The notes: generated by a model from the letters alone, not told the origin. A stretch of 61,162 bases of DNA, filler included, from Sphacelaria rigidula (GCA_964200075.2; 7 parts of 7 records of this genome joined end to end with filler, not necessarily neighbours in it), one strand, 5' to 3'. Positions 1 to 13,754 are shown, numbered from the whole stretch's first letter. A program made the numbers and translations.

Positions 1-431
1 GGCGTAAAACGACGTAAAAGCTCCAAAAATACATTTTCCCGGGTTTTTATTTTCGTCTATTATAAGAAGCGGCCTAATAATGTGGATTAGTATATATATA
101 TATATTATGCTTTTTCTGGACCATTTTTAAGTTGTGCAACTTCCGGGCGCGGATGTTGGTTTGACCGCGATGAGGGTAGGCCACCCGCTGGATCGGGATC
201 AATTTCACATGTTGAACAGAGTAGTCTATGTGTGATTCAGATGGACTACAGGTAGTACGTCCGGTGGTGAACAGATTAACGTGTTCAGGAAGCGCCTCAA
301 GGAAACTTTATCATCTATGCTTCTATGCTACCAAGGTCGAGTTGTATGCTCGAAATCGCTGCAGAGCAGGGAGGTCGCCTACTGCGATGCCAAACGTTGC
401 TACTTTGTGGCTGGTGCCCGTATGTCCTGTA

Positions 432-820
432 TAGCCCACCCAGGGAAAACACGCGTATAGCTCACGTAACTCTCAAGCTCATCCAACGCGAACACGCGTA
501 GCTCATGTACTATAGCTCTCATAGCTCATCCAGGGCAAATACGCGAATACCTCACGTAACAACTCTCAAGCTAATCCAACGCAAACACCCGTAGCTCATG
601 TAGCTCTCATAGCTCACCTAGTGCGAAAAAGCGCTGATGAGCTACGGGTTGGTAGCTCACGTAGAGGGCAAACGCGCGTATCGCCAGGTATTATAGGTCA
701 TGTACTCGTAGCTTTCATATACAGTAGCTCACCTCGGGCGAACATTTACAGCTCATGCAGCTCTCATAGGTCACCAGGGCAAACATGCGTATAGCTCGTG
801 TAGTAGCTCTCATAGCTCAA
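432..820. repeat. Degenerate minisatellite, ~40-50 bp unit rich in TAGCTC
   Basis: About eight imperfect copies of CAGGGCAAACACGCGTATAGCTCAYGTAGCTCTCATAGCTCAYC. Confidence 0.8.
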
Positions 821-1638
821 CAGAAAGAAGCTACCCTAAAGCAGAGCCAGCTCGAGCTACAGGGAGCTGCTCTGTCGGGCGTGTCAGTACTTTGCTGTGT
901 AGCAGCAGCAGGGGGGGCGTCCGAGAGAGATATTTTCAGCCTATACTACAGTTGTGTACGTATGTAGGGAAGATGCATACGGGTACTTTCCTACGGTCTT
1001 CATTAATTTGTGGGTGTATACAGCGTCACCGGTTCGACTCGCCATATAGGTGCAGTGATATAATGCACCTATTATGATATTATAATGAGGATATCGCACA
1101 AATACCGCTGCTGTATTATACCAAGTATACTGTAGTATAGAAGTCCGGGGTCCCGGCATAACGCGGCCATGTCGGGCTGGCGACCTACCGCGTTCACGCT
1201 GAAAACCCGCCACGTGTATCTTCGTATCTTCACCCCACATGATGTAATGATATAGTCCTACATATTATGTTAAATAATCCTTGTTCATAGTTTGTCAGAT
1301 AAAGTATTAAAACAGATGGTTCCAACTGAACAATCTAACTTGATCACGATTTCCGTATCACCTATATCTGTCTGATGATGTATACAAATCACGAGAGCAA
1401 ACGATTGAAAACGGCATCGTAACGTGATCGCCGGTAACAAACAGCACGCAACGAGCACATAGCCCCGCTAATAAAACAATAAAACGGGGCCCATCAAGCT
1501 TCGTTGATTGATATGAGCCCCATGAGGACACTATCACGCACGTCCTAAATAACGCCTCCGGAGATGTGATCATAACGCGACAACTGATATTACCAACAGC
1601 AGAGGGGAAGATTGGGTTAGTTGAAGAGCGTGAGCAGC

Positions 1639-1686
1639 ATGGCGAAGAGGGCAAACCCACCCCCTCTGACTAGATCTTTAGTCCAG
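1639..1686 (+). CDS. Dual-specificity protein phosphatase, probable exon 1 (MAKRANPPPLTRSLVQ)
   Basis: ATG at 1639; phase-0 CAG|GTGAGT donor, in phase with the 2106 acceptor. Confidence 0.6.
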
Positions 1687-2105
1687 GTGAGTCTAACAAC
1701 GCCATTGCTTCGTAATAGAATGCTGTCGCTGCTGTGGTAGTGTTTGATGGTTCGGCGATTTGTGTCTTTGGGGATAGCTCGTGCTTTCGGGCACTGGCAC
1801 AAAATACCATGAAAGATGGCTGCATTTTTTGGGGGTTTTTTCCTCCCGCAATGGGTGACTGCTCCGGGCTTTCTTTCATGAGGGAAGCGAGAATTAGCTA
1901 TCGCCAACGTTTCCACCACCCCGAGTGCAGCCTAAGCATTCCGCCCGCGTGATCGATGAGCCGTCGTTCTTTTTGTTTGTGAAACTGCGTTACCTAAGTA
2001 CGCGTTATTTCACTGTGCCATGCCATGTCGTGTTATACTACTGTACTGTTCGTACTGTACCGTCGTCGGTCTTTGCCGTCCTACAAACCTCTGCTTATCA
2101 ATCAG

Positions 2106-2201
2106 GACAATGTTCCTTCAAGGGTTATGGATCGGCTATGGATCGGATCGATTCACGCGGCCTTCAATCAGGATAGCATGCAAGACAGGGGGATAACTCA
2201 T
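2106..2201 (+). CDS. Dual-specificity protein phosphatase, exon 2 (DNVPSRVMDRLWIGSIHAAFNQDSMQDRGITH)
   Basis: CAG acceptor, GTACGT donor; matches the DSPc N-terminal pattern P-x-x-I/V-x-x-x-L-x-x-G-S...GITH. Confidence 0.9.
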
Positions 2202-2877
2202 GTACGTCCCTAGCTATTGTAGCACATGATCTTGTTGTCTCAGGTGTAGAGCTGCAGATGCCTTTCCATTACCCTCGCCCAAACTGGGATGCAAAATCGT
2301 CCGTCGTCTGCGCTGTACTAGAATGAAGTACATCTTAATTTTCAGGCACTCGAGGTTTTGGCTGATATGCAAACTTGTACCGCGTTATGTGTACCTGTCT
2401 AGTACAACAGTGTCTGGTACAGACATCATGTAGGTGGACATACACTCCTATCTTGTTTGTAGCGACACGAAACAGTGGGAGCAGTGAAATGGTTAGTGCT
2501 TGCAGTAGACCACGAGAAGTAGCGGCGCATAACGCTCCCGAATCGTCGGAGCAGATGTCGAACGCTGTGTGAAAAAGTGTTTTACCTGTCTCTTGTTTTT
2601 TCTCGTAGAAAGCAATTTGGGCGCACAGATTTTTTTTTGCGTCCGTTGACGTTTTTGGCTTCGACTTATACAAAGGTACAGCAGAGAGAGGGCGTGCGTT
2701 TCATCATGAACTTTTGTGTGTAGATGCCCAAGCATGCATGACTGCTTCTACAAAGCTCACATTATACGGACAAACAAAACGGCTGGCTACCTTTTGTGCA
2801 TTTTACCCCTTCCGATCCTGTATTCCTCTGCATTGCTGCATTGCTGTGTGTTTTCCTCGTCTCCGCTTTCCCCATAG

Positions 2878-2951
2878 GTCCTCAACGCCTCGGGCTTACC
2901 GGCTACTTTCCCTCGACAGTTCACGTATTTCACGGTGGATGTCCGAGATAA
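2878..2951 (+). CDS. Dual-specificity protein phosphatase, exon 3 (VLNASGLPATFPRQFTYFTVDVRD/K)
   Basis: Polypyrimidine tract plus TAG acceptor, GTGAGT donor; completes GITH-VLN and carries the likely general-acid Asp; not in the ORF track. Confidence 0.9.
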
Positions 2952-4939
2952 GTGAGTTTCAGCTTCAGTTTGTCTTGTAACGGAAACGGACTCACACGGT
3001 AGCATGATTCCACGCCTACAGAGAGTAAGTAGCCAGTGCAGACAGTGACATAAGCGAACATATTTATGTGATAATATGCACTTTCAACGCGCAGGGACAA
3101 AGCTGGGTAAGCTTCCTCCTCCTGCGTACGCTGTTCCAGCGCAGCCAGGATATAGTGCAGTACATTTGCACCACGACAATACAACCCTCGTATTTCAATT
3201 TCTGAGGTCGGGCGAGAATGTCGTCCGTCTGTGCATCCAGCGCTTGATCGGTCGTCCGTTGGCAGCGTATCCATCGTATTCACCGCGCGCGGGTCTTGCA
3301 TGCGTAAGTGCATGACCGGTTCTAGTGGCGGTTACTACCCCTTGTTTCCAGTGTCTTCCCACTCTAGCATATAGATTACCCGTTTCCTAGGAAATTTTGA
3401 TTTTGTGAGATCACGGGCAACCGGTACGGCCCAATTGTCAGGATCGCCGTTAGCTGTTCCGACTACTGTCTGTAGTGTCCTACAATACACCATTTCGTAT
3501 CTCCGGTCTCCGGCTGTGGACCTGTATTATCTGTGCCGTCTGTAGTTTGTTATACACAACAGACAACGGCAGCAGAGTCGGTGCGCAGCCGGTACATCAG
3601 AATGCGGGACAACGTTTTTAATCACCACTCACAACGGGTACATACTTTTATCGTAGCTGCAGCTGACGCAACATTGAAGAGTGTCAAGGCTGCCTCCACC
3701 CCCCTTTCCCACGGCCTGTTGGGGGTGCTTTGTGAGCCATATACCTTCTACCCGTATTGAGTTGTGTCGAGCTTTCGCATGCTTCATTTCCCTTGTGTGA
3801 CGGTGTTGGAAGAGGGGGCACGCGCTGCTGTCTTTCCCAACGGACGTCAGGGTCATCATTTTGTGCCGGTCCGAACGCAGAAAACAATGTACTACATCTA
3901 CATGTAGTTTTGATTTGAAGCAAGGTCCTTGCTCTTTCACTCTGCTGGGTATATGGATGGATAGGCAGCTAGCTGCACCTGCTACGAACTATGCACCCAG
4001 CCAGTCGTGTTCACAAGAGGAACGCGTACTATGTGGACGTCAACGTGTTTTCAGTGTGTTCAAACCGGCTGCACCGACTGTCACAAAAACAGATGTCTTG
4101 ATTTGTTGCCGAGAGTGAGTGTGCAACTGAGAGTGTTTTGCGTCACTCCAGTTCATGTACCTCAACAGACAACAGTTGTGGTGTTTCGCCCATGAACATG
4201 TGAGGTGCACACTCTCTCTGCCTTCACAAATTCCTAACCTCGGTTGTCTGTACAGTTCAGTAGTACAGTCAGTGCAGCACTGCACAATCTTGTGTTCTCG
4301 ATTGGGGTTTTGCCTCAAGGCTTGGGTATAATATATCGGGTCGAACCCCTTGAGCACCAGGGTTTTGGGTCCTGAAGAATACCCACATTTTTCAACTGGG
4401 AATGATGCCCTATCAACCGAGGACCCACCCTGTCACTCAGGGAGTTAATGTCGCCCCGAACCCACGACACGGCGCTCCTGCCCCTTGCATAAAGTGGTCG
4501 TTGAACTTTGTTCTGGAGCGGCAGTTATATTCTTGAAAGGGCCTTTGTTTTTGTGTCAACGATGGTTAACATGAGTCAGCATGCGAAGACCCCAAATTCG
4601 ACCACCCGTAAGAAACAACTCTTACACAACACAAGAGTATAAAAGTAATTCAGACACGATGGGAGTCGGACATCTTGATAACGTTTACGTTACCTCGAGA
4701 TGAGTTAAATGAAGTTTCCTTGAATATTGTGTTGATACTTTCGTGTCCATTTCGACTTTCTGATCGATGATCCCTTTCCCGGCCAGTGTAAAAGCCAATA
4801 TGAGTCATCTGTTGAATCGGCATTATTTTCACTTCAAAATGATGACCCAGATGACATACTCTATTTTGATGGCCCTGATTTTTAGTCGTACATAAAGAAT
4901 AAAAAAATAAATCGACTTATAGTTCGACGAGGAAAAAAA

Positions 4940-5112
4940 CTGCTGAATCCCTCTTGCGATAAAAAATAATGGCAAGCACCGCAGAAGGAAGGTGGAGTAG
5001 TATAAGCACCCAGAAAAAGAAAACTCCTGTGTTGACCGTCCTCCCGTGTGACCCCGGCTGGTGCACCCACATGTACCAAACGGTGTAGACCGGCGTCCAG
5101 AATAGATGGGAC

Positions 5113-5153
<41 letters not shown>
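4940..5153. repeat. Dispersed SINE-like repeat ending in (CA)n
   Basis: GGCGTCCAGAATAGATGGGACGACAG(CA)n; a related copy lies in opposite orientation at ~52352-52405. Confidence 0.6.
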
Positions 5154-5154
<1 letters not shown>

Positions 5155-6222
5155 TTTTACTCCAGAAATGAAGGGTGAGGCCCAGTTGACCGTGTTCGCC
5201 GAGGAAAAATCACTCCGTATCTCATTCAACACGGTTGGGTGTCCAAAAGAGAGTAGCAGTGCAATGTTCCCGGCCTTGTACGGTCGGCTGCACAACAGTT
5301 TAGCGGTACAATATCGCACCCGAAGGAAGCAATTCCCGACGGCTCGTTTTAGATCGCGGAGCTCATGGTGTCCATCGCTCTGTACACAAGTCAGACGCGA
5401 TGGAGGTCTATCAAGGCTCGAAACATCAGTCTCACTGTCAGAATTCTGACCCTTCACCTTTATGCAGGGGTCATTTTGCCATGCCTTTTCAAGGTCCGGT
5501 GCCCGCAGACGGGTTATTGTACTGCTATTGCAGTCGCACGATAATCGACTAATTCAGTATGCACTTGTGTTGCTCTTGCTGGAAGATTCCAGACAAAGTG
5601 CGCGTTAAGACCATGAAGCGGTGTCGCAACTGCCCGATTTTCCTGCGGCGAAGAAATTCCCAATACAGAATAGACGGGGGGGGAGGGGGGTTGTATGGCA
5701 CATGGATGAAAGGAAGCTGGAATGAAAGTTGAACACATATTTTCACCACCGTAAGATTTTCTGTCGGTGACGCGCAGTCCAAACATCAAAGATTCCCCGG
5801 CAACCACCCATGTCAAACATCCTGTACTTTTCTGGAGGGCGGTTCCTGAATACAGTGGCCACCTGTAGGTGCTACTTTCTTACGATGAATGGAATAGACC
5901 ACCTACATTGGAAATCGGGTGAATCCCTGAGCAACGGCGTGGCAATGATGTATAATGCATGTGGAGTGTCCATCTATTGTTCTACGGTACGTATTCGACA
6001 GACTCAGGGCAATCAACGGGGAAAAGGAGAGGGGGGAGAAATCACTCATCTCACTGTCGGCAGGCGGATAATCCCACGAGGTTTGTGGCACGGGTTTCTT
6101 CAGTGTAGTAAGTGAACGCCGGAAGCACAGGGATGGTTTACAGGAAATATGGGAAATGTTACTTTTCAGCCGACCAGTACAAAGATAGGTGTACAGAAGT
6201 ACTTTGTCATGATTTATCAACT

Positions 6223-6330
6223 CCCTTTAGAGCCGCAGGCGTCCATTTGCGGAATCGGCATCATTTTTACTTAGGAAAAGAATGAAAATGATGCCGATTC
6301 GACAAATGGACACCTTCGGCCCTAAACGGG
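6223..6330. mobile_element. ~108-bp palindromic piggyBac-like MITE
   Basis: ~45-bp inverted arms with CCC...GGG termini; shares the core GAATCGGCATCA with the 48325, 49992, 50097 and 61109 copies. Confidence 0.65.
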
Positions 6331-8341
6331 TTAGGCGAGTCGGGTGCACTTTAGTTGTCTTCCGTTCATCACCGCCATCAGTGTTGACGGGCTCGTTGGA
6401 GTTTGAAAAAAAAGTTACCCTCACTAAATGTTCCTTCATTGTGGTTGAATCATTCGAGGACAGACCCGAACATTTTCGCAGGGTAGTTGCTGGTAGGGTG
6501 CTTTGTGGGATTGGCGAGCCAACATCAGCCCTTTCCTAGGTATTGTTCGTGTCTTTGTCAACTTCCGCTCGTCCTCCTCAGTTGTAAGTCGGATGCTGTG
6601 GGCACAAGGAACAAAGCATCAACCGTATCCACACGCGCAAGCGCCGCGCCAGCAGAACGTACAGCCCCGACCAAGTACACCACGTTGTTCAGCTAGGCAA
6701 CAGCTGTTTGTATGGACCATACCCATGTTTCATTCTTGGCTTGATTGTTTTTGTTGTGCTTAGACGGCAGAATCACTTGTGGATTACGCGCGTGGCTACG
6801 GGTGGCAGCCTTCTCTTTATAGATAATTTTTCTTGACCAAAGAGAACAATTCCGTACCCCCCCCCCCAAAAAAAAAAAGAAGGGTTCTTGCGTCCAACTA
6901 GCTGCCTAGGGGCTCGGGTGTTTACGATGTTGAATTATGAAATTAAGGGGTACACAAGATGATGTTACGTGATACCTACCTCAAACAAAAATCCCGAACA
7001 CAACGACAGTATCCCAGCTAAGGCAATCCAAGCCGTCTTCGCATCGCGTTAACACACCACAGCACAGTCAGCAACAGCTCCCGTCACGTGAGAGAGGGCG
7101 TGGGTGTGTTTATGCTGCGGTATAGTGGAACAGAACATGTCCCATGTTGTAGTCCTTTGCCTGATTTAAAGCAGGTCCTCAATTTTTGGCGAGTGCCAAG
7201 TCTGGACGCCCGGTCATATTCGCGCTTGTTTTACTTCATCTTGAGTCACCCCTATCTGTGTGTGAGATCTGGCTTGTGATGCAGGCGTCGCCCCCTAATT
7301 TCATCAAGTAAATCATGTCCCGGTACATCTTCAGTTTGCCTTTTTTCTGGCAAAGTTTTTGGCGAGGTACACCGACCGGCCCCCCCTCCAGTACTGAACG
7401 GATTTTGCCATGGAACGAGGACCCTGCGCATGTGTAGATGAGCAAGGGTTGTATCCCCCCATCGTAATGCGTCCGTGCGGCGGGGTTCTGTCTTTTGGGT
7501 GTTTGGTGGTGTGTCGGTCACAATTGTGTTGGGTCTCAGGGGGAAAGTGGGGATGTGTATGTTGTCGATAGGAATCGGATGAAACTGCTCGTTGTGGGCA
7601 GAGAAAGGGTCGCGGACAGCATATCGCGGGAGGTGTTCGTCTCCATTCCATTGATTATTTGTCCCTTCACCACCACGAGTTTGGGGTCATGGTAGAGGAA
7701 GTTGGGGCAGTGGTTGAGTAAAAATCAAAACGTAACTTTGTTTTATTCATCCATTCATCACAGCTGGATTCAGATTGGATCAGTTGGTGTTCATGTACAA
7801 AAATCTATCGATGGAGCACTTACTCATAGTGGACTGCTTTGCGGTCGAACGGAGAAGAAAAGAAAAAAAACATAGTCGGCCACATTTCCTGTCAAACTCA
7901 GGTGCAGCATGCTTGCGAATCACGTGTAGCCGAGGTGAAGAGAAATATGGCAAATGGACATGAATCGCCCACCACTTCAGCGAAGGATATCACATCACGT
8001 ACCTGATGGTGGTGATGCTTAACGAAGATGGAGAGGATATCGACGCTAAGGAATATATCACAAATTCATGAAGGTGCTGCAATATATTGTTAAAGTACCT
8101 CCCTTCCGTCATCTGCAACTACGTAGGCTATTTCCTATGGTACGTCTTTGGTCTTTGCCCAGTGGATAATTACCGATGTCTGGTTCGGAAGAGTTGAACA
8201 AGTACTTGATTCGGTGAGGGAAGGTCTTCATATCTCGTGAGTGTCTACAGGTGTGTGCGTGTGTGTGTGTGTGCCTTTGTTGTGCCGATGTCCTCCTGGT
8301 GTGCCTCTGCCGCTGCCTGTGCCTCTACATGCTCCTCGCAG

Positions 8342-8516
8342 AGAGAACACCAACATCCTGGGGGCGATCGGTGCGGTGAACATCTTTATCGAAGCTGGTT
8401 TGGAAAAGGGCGGCGTGCTGGTGCATTGTGCGGGGGGACGGTCTCGCTCGGTTGCTTTTGTCGTTGCGTTTATTATGTCCACGCAACGGTGCAGCTACGA
8501 TCAAGCCTACGCTCAG
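8342..8516 (+). CDS. Dual-specificity protein phosphatase, exon 4 with catalytic loop; gene truncated by contig end
   Basis: GGVLVHCAGGRSRSVAFVVAFIM matches HCxxGxSRS; phase-2 acceptor matches the exon 3 donor (AA+A = Lys); CAG|GTAC donor. Confidence 0.93.
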
Positions 8517-8653
8517 GTACTGTAAATAAATTGTAGTCCTTGGTCGAGCGTGTCTCGTTAGACCGTACCGTGTATCGGGGGGGGGGGGGGGGGGGGGGGG
8601 CGAATAACCTTATGTTGAGGCACATTTTTATTCCGCGTTTTTTTTGGAACCCC

Positions 8654-8753
8654 NNNNNNNNNNNNNNNNNNNNNNNNNNNNNNNNNNNNNNNNNNNNTTA
8701 ATTAATTAANNNNNNNNNNNNNNNNNNNNNNNNNNNNNNNNNNNNNNNNNNNN
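8654..8753. other. Artificial contig spacer (N44-TTAATTAATTAA-N44)
   Basis: Identical 100-bp spacers also at 17407-17506, 26159-26258, 34910-35009, 43661-43760 and 52412-52511; the linker has stops in all six frames. Confidence 0.98.
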
Positions 8754-9847
8754 CGAAGGGGTGGCGTGATTAACGTTCGCATGCCTCTTGCTAGCAAAAA
8801 AGGCTTCGCCCCCCCCCCCCCCCCCCCCCTTCCCCTCCCCTCCCCGCCCGCCCCGCCCCCCCCACCCCCAGCCCCCCCGCGCGCAAAGGGGATTAGTCCG
8901 CGTGAGCACCAAAACTGCCACCGCCCCTGCCACCAGAAGCACCGCCACCGTCATAGTTGCTGCTACTTCTTGGGCGCACGGCAGCCGCTGAAGAATACTT
9001 CCACCTGTTCGCTGATTCATAGTCGATTGACCGATCGATTGACCAGTCGGTTGGTTGATCATCGATAGATACCAAGACGCGACGGCACGGCACACCCAGA
9101 TGACAGCGGCGGTGGTAGAGGCAGTGGCGGAGGCTGTGAATTCGGCTTGAACTCGGGTAGGGGGAAGGGGGGGGGGGGGCGCTGTCGGGCAAGATATGTA
9201 CTTCGGGTGTTTCTCAAGTATTCATTTTGCCAAACTATTGACCCCTCTCATTCCTCGGGTCGAATGATTTTGTAGTCTCAAGGGACCAACCCATCTCTCC
9301 CCCTTTTTTTTGCCTGACATTATTTTGTCGAACACAAGATCGACACTCCCGCATCTCGCCGGCTTTACGCCAAACGAATATGCCAGAAGACAGGTGCAGG
9401 CGACGAAGGTACTCATCTCGAGGTCTATTCATCAAGCTCTTGTTGTTCGTTTATTTATTTGACCGAAGACGCCTCTGTATTGGTGGAGCGACACGTTTCA
9501 CGACTAGGGAAACCCCAAGGATGTTGGATCTTGTTCGAGCGGAGAGACTCTTGGTAAAGCAACGGCACCTTTGTATGTTGCTCGTTGCTGGTCCGAAATC
9601 ACACACTCGAGCGTCCAATTAGTGCACGCTGCTATTGTAACAGTCGAGCTATGGTGTTGCGGTTAGAGTTAACCTGTGCACGCAGAATGTGCTACGCTCT
9701 GAACGATGAGTTGACACCAAAGCGTTCGATGCGGACGAATATCGCCGAAGATGACCACGGTTTGTCGCCAGACGTTTCGGCTCTCTTTCCTTACTCGGGA
9801 TAAGCCAGTAGTCTAGAAACAAGAAAAAAAACGAATGGAAGTCGTAC

Positions 9848-10163
9848 CGGCCAAGCAAAGACGGGATGGAAGAAGGTCTACGGCGCCGCCGCGGGGGGTG
9901 ACACCACCATCATAGGATGAGTGTAGCTCGTTTCTCTCTGGCCCACCACCATCCGCACCGCCATCCGCGGATACAGACAGTGACGACCATGTCAACAGTG
10001 ATGATCTCACGTCGCTACCCTCGTCTTCACTGTTGGTGTTGTTGTTGGTGTTGGCGGCGGTGGTGTTGTCGTCGTTAGAGCTATTCCTGCGCCTTCTCTC
10101 GTCTTCTCTCTTCTCGTCCTCTTCTTTGCTCTTGCTGCTTTCCCGGAATAATGCCTCGCGTTC
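9848..10163 (-). CDS. Exon of an unknown protein (EREALFRESSKSKEEDEK...; charged, low complexity)
   Basis: CAG acceptor at 10166-10164, GTACG donor at 9847; open frame, in phase with the 14452-14584 exon. Confidence 0.6.
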
Positions 10164-12443
10164 CTGTCTCTCCGCGAAGAGATAAACGGACAAATGAACG
10201 AACAAGCAAACCAAACGTGAATTCCTTCGTGAAGAATAGAACAAAATTGAGCGTTGGAAGCCTAGAGGTCTTTTCTCGGCAAACAGAGAGACATAACAGA
10301 CACACAGGCACACAGACAGTTAGCAACACGGAGAGTTAAGCCTCTTGGAAAGTTGGTCATCCGTGGGTGTTGTTCAAGTGATACTACCATGTGTGCGATA
10401 TGCACAGAATGAAAGTATGGTTGTAAAAATGCGTACGAACAGTTGATCCTCCAAGAGTTACCCGCTACGAAGACAAATGGGCACAGATATATTTTTGCCA
10501 TGAAAATCACACACGGATTCATTTCAAGACCCAAAGATCCTGTGGCCGTCGGGAACGTGATGCGCCCCGCCTTTCCGTCTTACGAGGAACTCAACGCCAC
10601 GTGTTTTCACGACGATAGCCACAAGTCAACTCTTCGATTCAAGACCCATTTAAAACTATGTCGATCATTTGCCAAATATCACGTAAACCCCAGTGCGCTT
10701 ATTTTCACAAAAAAAATGAAATCAAACGTGGACCAAGGGTCTGTTGAGAGAACAATTCCGGACACGGAGGCCCCTCCCACCCCCACCCCCTCCCGGAGGG
10801 CAACGTTTCGAAAATTATCGTGATGTTTTACATTTTTTTGTGTTTTTTTCTGTGATTTTTTTCAATATTTTGTTGAAATTGTTGCGAGAAATTGATCAAC
10901 ACTGACAAAAACCGAAAAATCTAGCAGGCTTAGTGAGATTCGTATATTTGCTTCTGCTCCTTGACCGCCCTGTCCCGATGACCTCGGATGCCGGCAACGC
11001 TCACACACAGTATCGACATCCTGTAGCCAAAGTAGCAACACTAGCTAACGCCTCGCCAAATTTGCCCAGACTACTAGTGGCAGGTAGTCATGGCACACGA
11101 CACTGAACATGATCCCATAAATGTAATCATGGTAGGTGAAGAGCTTGGAGGGGCGATGTGTCCGTCATCTCAGCGGTCTCCATACGAAGGATCTCTGTAC
11201 GCGGCAGCTGACCGCATCCGCCAACGCCTCGGCAATAAACTAGGGGACAGCAGGCTGGGTGCCCCCCCCTCGTCAAAAACTCGAATTTTCGATCTTGGGG
11301 CCTACCTGTCCCGAAATATATTTTTGACAGACCCTTGCGTGGACGGAGATATTTCATTTCCTGTATAGGAAGGGAAGAGGGGAGCATGGTCTAGAACGGC
11401 ACGGAGATAGACCGTATTTACTTTCCTGCCGAGAAGTAGACCGGCTGGAAGTCTGGGTCGTCGTTGGCATATGCCGGGACAAGAGGCACTACTTGATGCT
11501 TCCAAATGCGGTTGCATGCTATCCCCTTCAGTAGGAAGCGATGCCGGCAACAATCGTGTGAGGCGATGGCTTACTAACCCGGCCTCACAGAGACGTGAAA
11601 CGTGGGGCAGGAAAATATGGCTTGTGGCCAGGTACTGTACACCATTCTAGGGGGTTCAAGGAGCACAATTTCGTTTTTGTTTCATTTATTTTTATTGATC
11701 GTCGCACTTTCAATGGTCTCCCAGGGATTCATCCGTGGTAACATGATAGGCATACGTCTGGGAGGAGGAAACGCCTTTATAGAAAGTTCAAGCACACTGT
11801 GCGTGACACACGGCCAGCACACACCCCCACGCCCTAGCATAGCCTCCTTGTGGGCTATGCATGAGATTTCAAAGTCGTCAAGCCTGCTAATAATGCTCAA
11901 CCCATGGGCTTTGTTTCTTGTTCCCAAGGACCCCCCTTTTCTGCGTGAGAAGGTGCTGTGAGTATCTGTTTTCATCGAGACAAGAAGCCTGCATCCTCAG
12001 CAAAATGGTACACGCACGAAAATGACGTGTGCGTGTCGAATCAGTCGGATGACGTCCGTAGAACAGCAAAAAATAAATGTATGACCGAAAACACCGAAGG
12101 TTACCCACCAAAAGACCTAAAATACAGTACGATGAACAACTCACTTTTTGACAATGTAAGCTATTGTCCAGGTTGTGGTAATTTTATACTTGGTGTAATA
12201 AATAGCCCGTGACCGTGAACATGACCCCTTCAATTCGCTCAGTCTCCGGATCAATATATATGGAGAGAAGGGCGTTCGCACACATACAGCGTTTGTGAAT
12301 TTTTTGTCGAAGTTGGTTGGATACTTTGTCTGGTTTCCAAACAGCGAAACAGGCACCCTCTCCAAGTAGTCCTACACATACACCATACAACCTGTGGTGC
12401 TTCTTTTTTGCAAAGTGCAATCTCGACATCTACGTATACGCAT

Positions 12444-12660
12444 ATTATCATTATTGTTGTTGTTATTGTTATTATTATTGTTATTAACACTACTTTTTCT
12501 TCATCTCTTTGTTGTATTTTTACTACTATCACCATTATTATTGACATTATTACTACTACTACTACTACTACTACTACGACTATTACTGTTGGCACCATCA
12601 GTACTATTACTACTACCAGTACTATCAGTCCTACAGTACTAGCACTATTAGTACTACAAG
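12444..12660. repeat. (TAT/TGT/TAC)n trinucleotide microsatellite
   Basis: Directly visible. Confidence 0.9.
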
Positions 12661-13589
12661 TAACATCGGTATGTTTTCAAGTAATATTATTTCCTCACGT
12701 TAGCCTGATCTCTCATATGTTTGTACGTAAACCGTGATAATCGAAGGGGCTTGTCCATAGGGTCAGGGGCCTTTCTTAAAATAGGACGGAATTCGAGTTG
12801 ATATTGAAAGCTTCACGCGAATAGCACCAGCCATCTTGCGATTTTTTTTTTAAACACGCACCACCACCCCCCGTCGATTTGGACCATATCATCAACGATC
12901 GAGTATGATTACCGGAACCGGAAGGCAAAATGATTGGGAACAAGTGGCCCACCATTGCTCGTAAAGGGGATCCAAAAGTCATGAAGCCGAGATCTTGCAC
13001 TAGATATTTTGGTCCTTATTGGTTACCTTAGCGGACCACGTGATCACACTCTATTTCTGCTCCGAGAAGAGACTCAGATACCCCCCCCCCCCGGGATATG
13101 AGTACGCCCCCCCCCCCCTACGTCTCGAAGGCGCCTTTCTGTCTCGGAAGGGATGCGTGGTCAGTGGCCAATGGTCAAACGACTAAGGCAAGCGACAACT
13201 GAGTACCCTACACAGAGAGAGAGAGAGACGAAAAATAGAACGAGATATACCAGCACTCGAAAGGGGGAGGAAGAACATGCACACAACTGCCCCTGTCGTG
13301 AAGCAATAGAGAGCAGAATTCATGTAGTGGCAGAATGTGAACGAAACGAGGAGAAACGGGACGTGTTTGAGGAGGAAATGCGGGGAAATAAAAGGAGGTA
13401 GCATGAAGTCATCGGATGCATTGGACAGTAGGGAGAAAACGATGGCTATACTAGGAGATAGATGGTGGCCACAGACGGCGAAACAGGACGGGGATAAGAC
13501 ACGCACAAGGTTTATCTGTAATCATGTATGGAAGAAAGATGATGAACACCTAAATGTTGGAGGTGTCTCTATTGGGAGTAGGAACGGTA

Positions 13590-13754
13590 CTCCGTCTCGA
13601 AAAGGATGCATGGTCAATGGTCAAACAACTAAGGTAAGCAACAAACGAAGTCCCCTCCCCCCCTCTGAAATCTCCGTCTCGAAAAGGATGCATGGTCAAT
13701 GGTCAAACAACTAAGGTAAGCAACAAATGAAGTCCCCTCCCCTCCCTCTGAAAT
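13590..13754. repeat. ~82-bp tandem duplication within a dispersed repeat family
   Basis: CTCCGTCTCGAAAAGGATGCATGGTCAATGGTCAAACAACTAAGG... occurs twice; related copies at ~13140, ~22955 and ~32762. Confidence 0.85.

Noticed and set aside
620-660. Hammerhead-like GAAA...CTGATGAG with a following stem
   Set aside because: No GAAA after stem II and no room for stems I and III; explained by the minisatellite.
432-820. CRISPR-like array
   Set aside because: Repeats are degenerate and contiguous, with no unique spacers and no cas genes; eukaryotic context.
7175-7279. Alternative phosphatase exon starting CAG|GTCCTCAAT (VLN)
   Set aside because: The downstream residues do not fit DSPc; the 2878-2951 exon fits in sequence and phase.
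9069-9150. Possible plus-strand terminal exon YQDATARHTQMTAAVVEAVAEAVNSA*
   Set aside because: Too short, with no partner exon on the contig; cannot be linked to the phosphatase across the spacer.
12251-12737. Poly-L/V/I/T ORFs resembling membrane proteins
   Set aside because: Translations of trinucleotide microsatellites.
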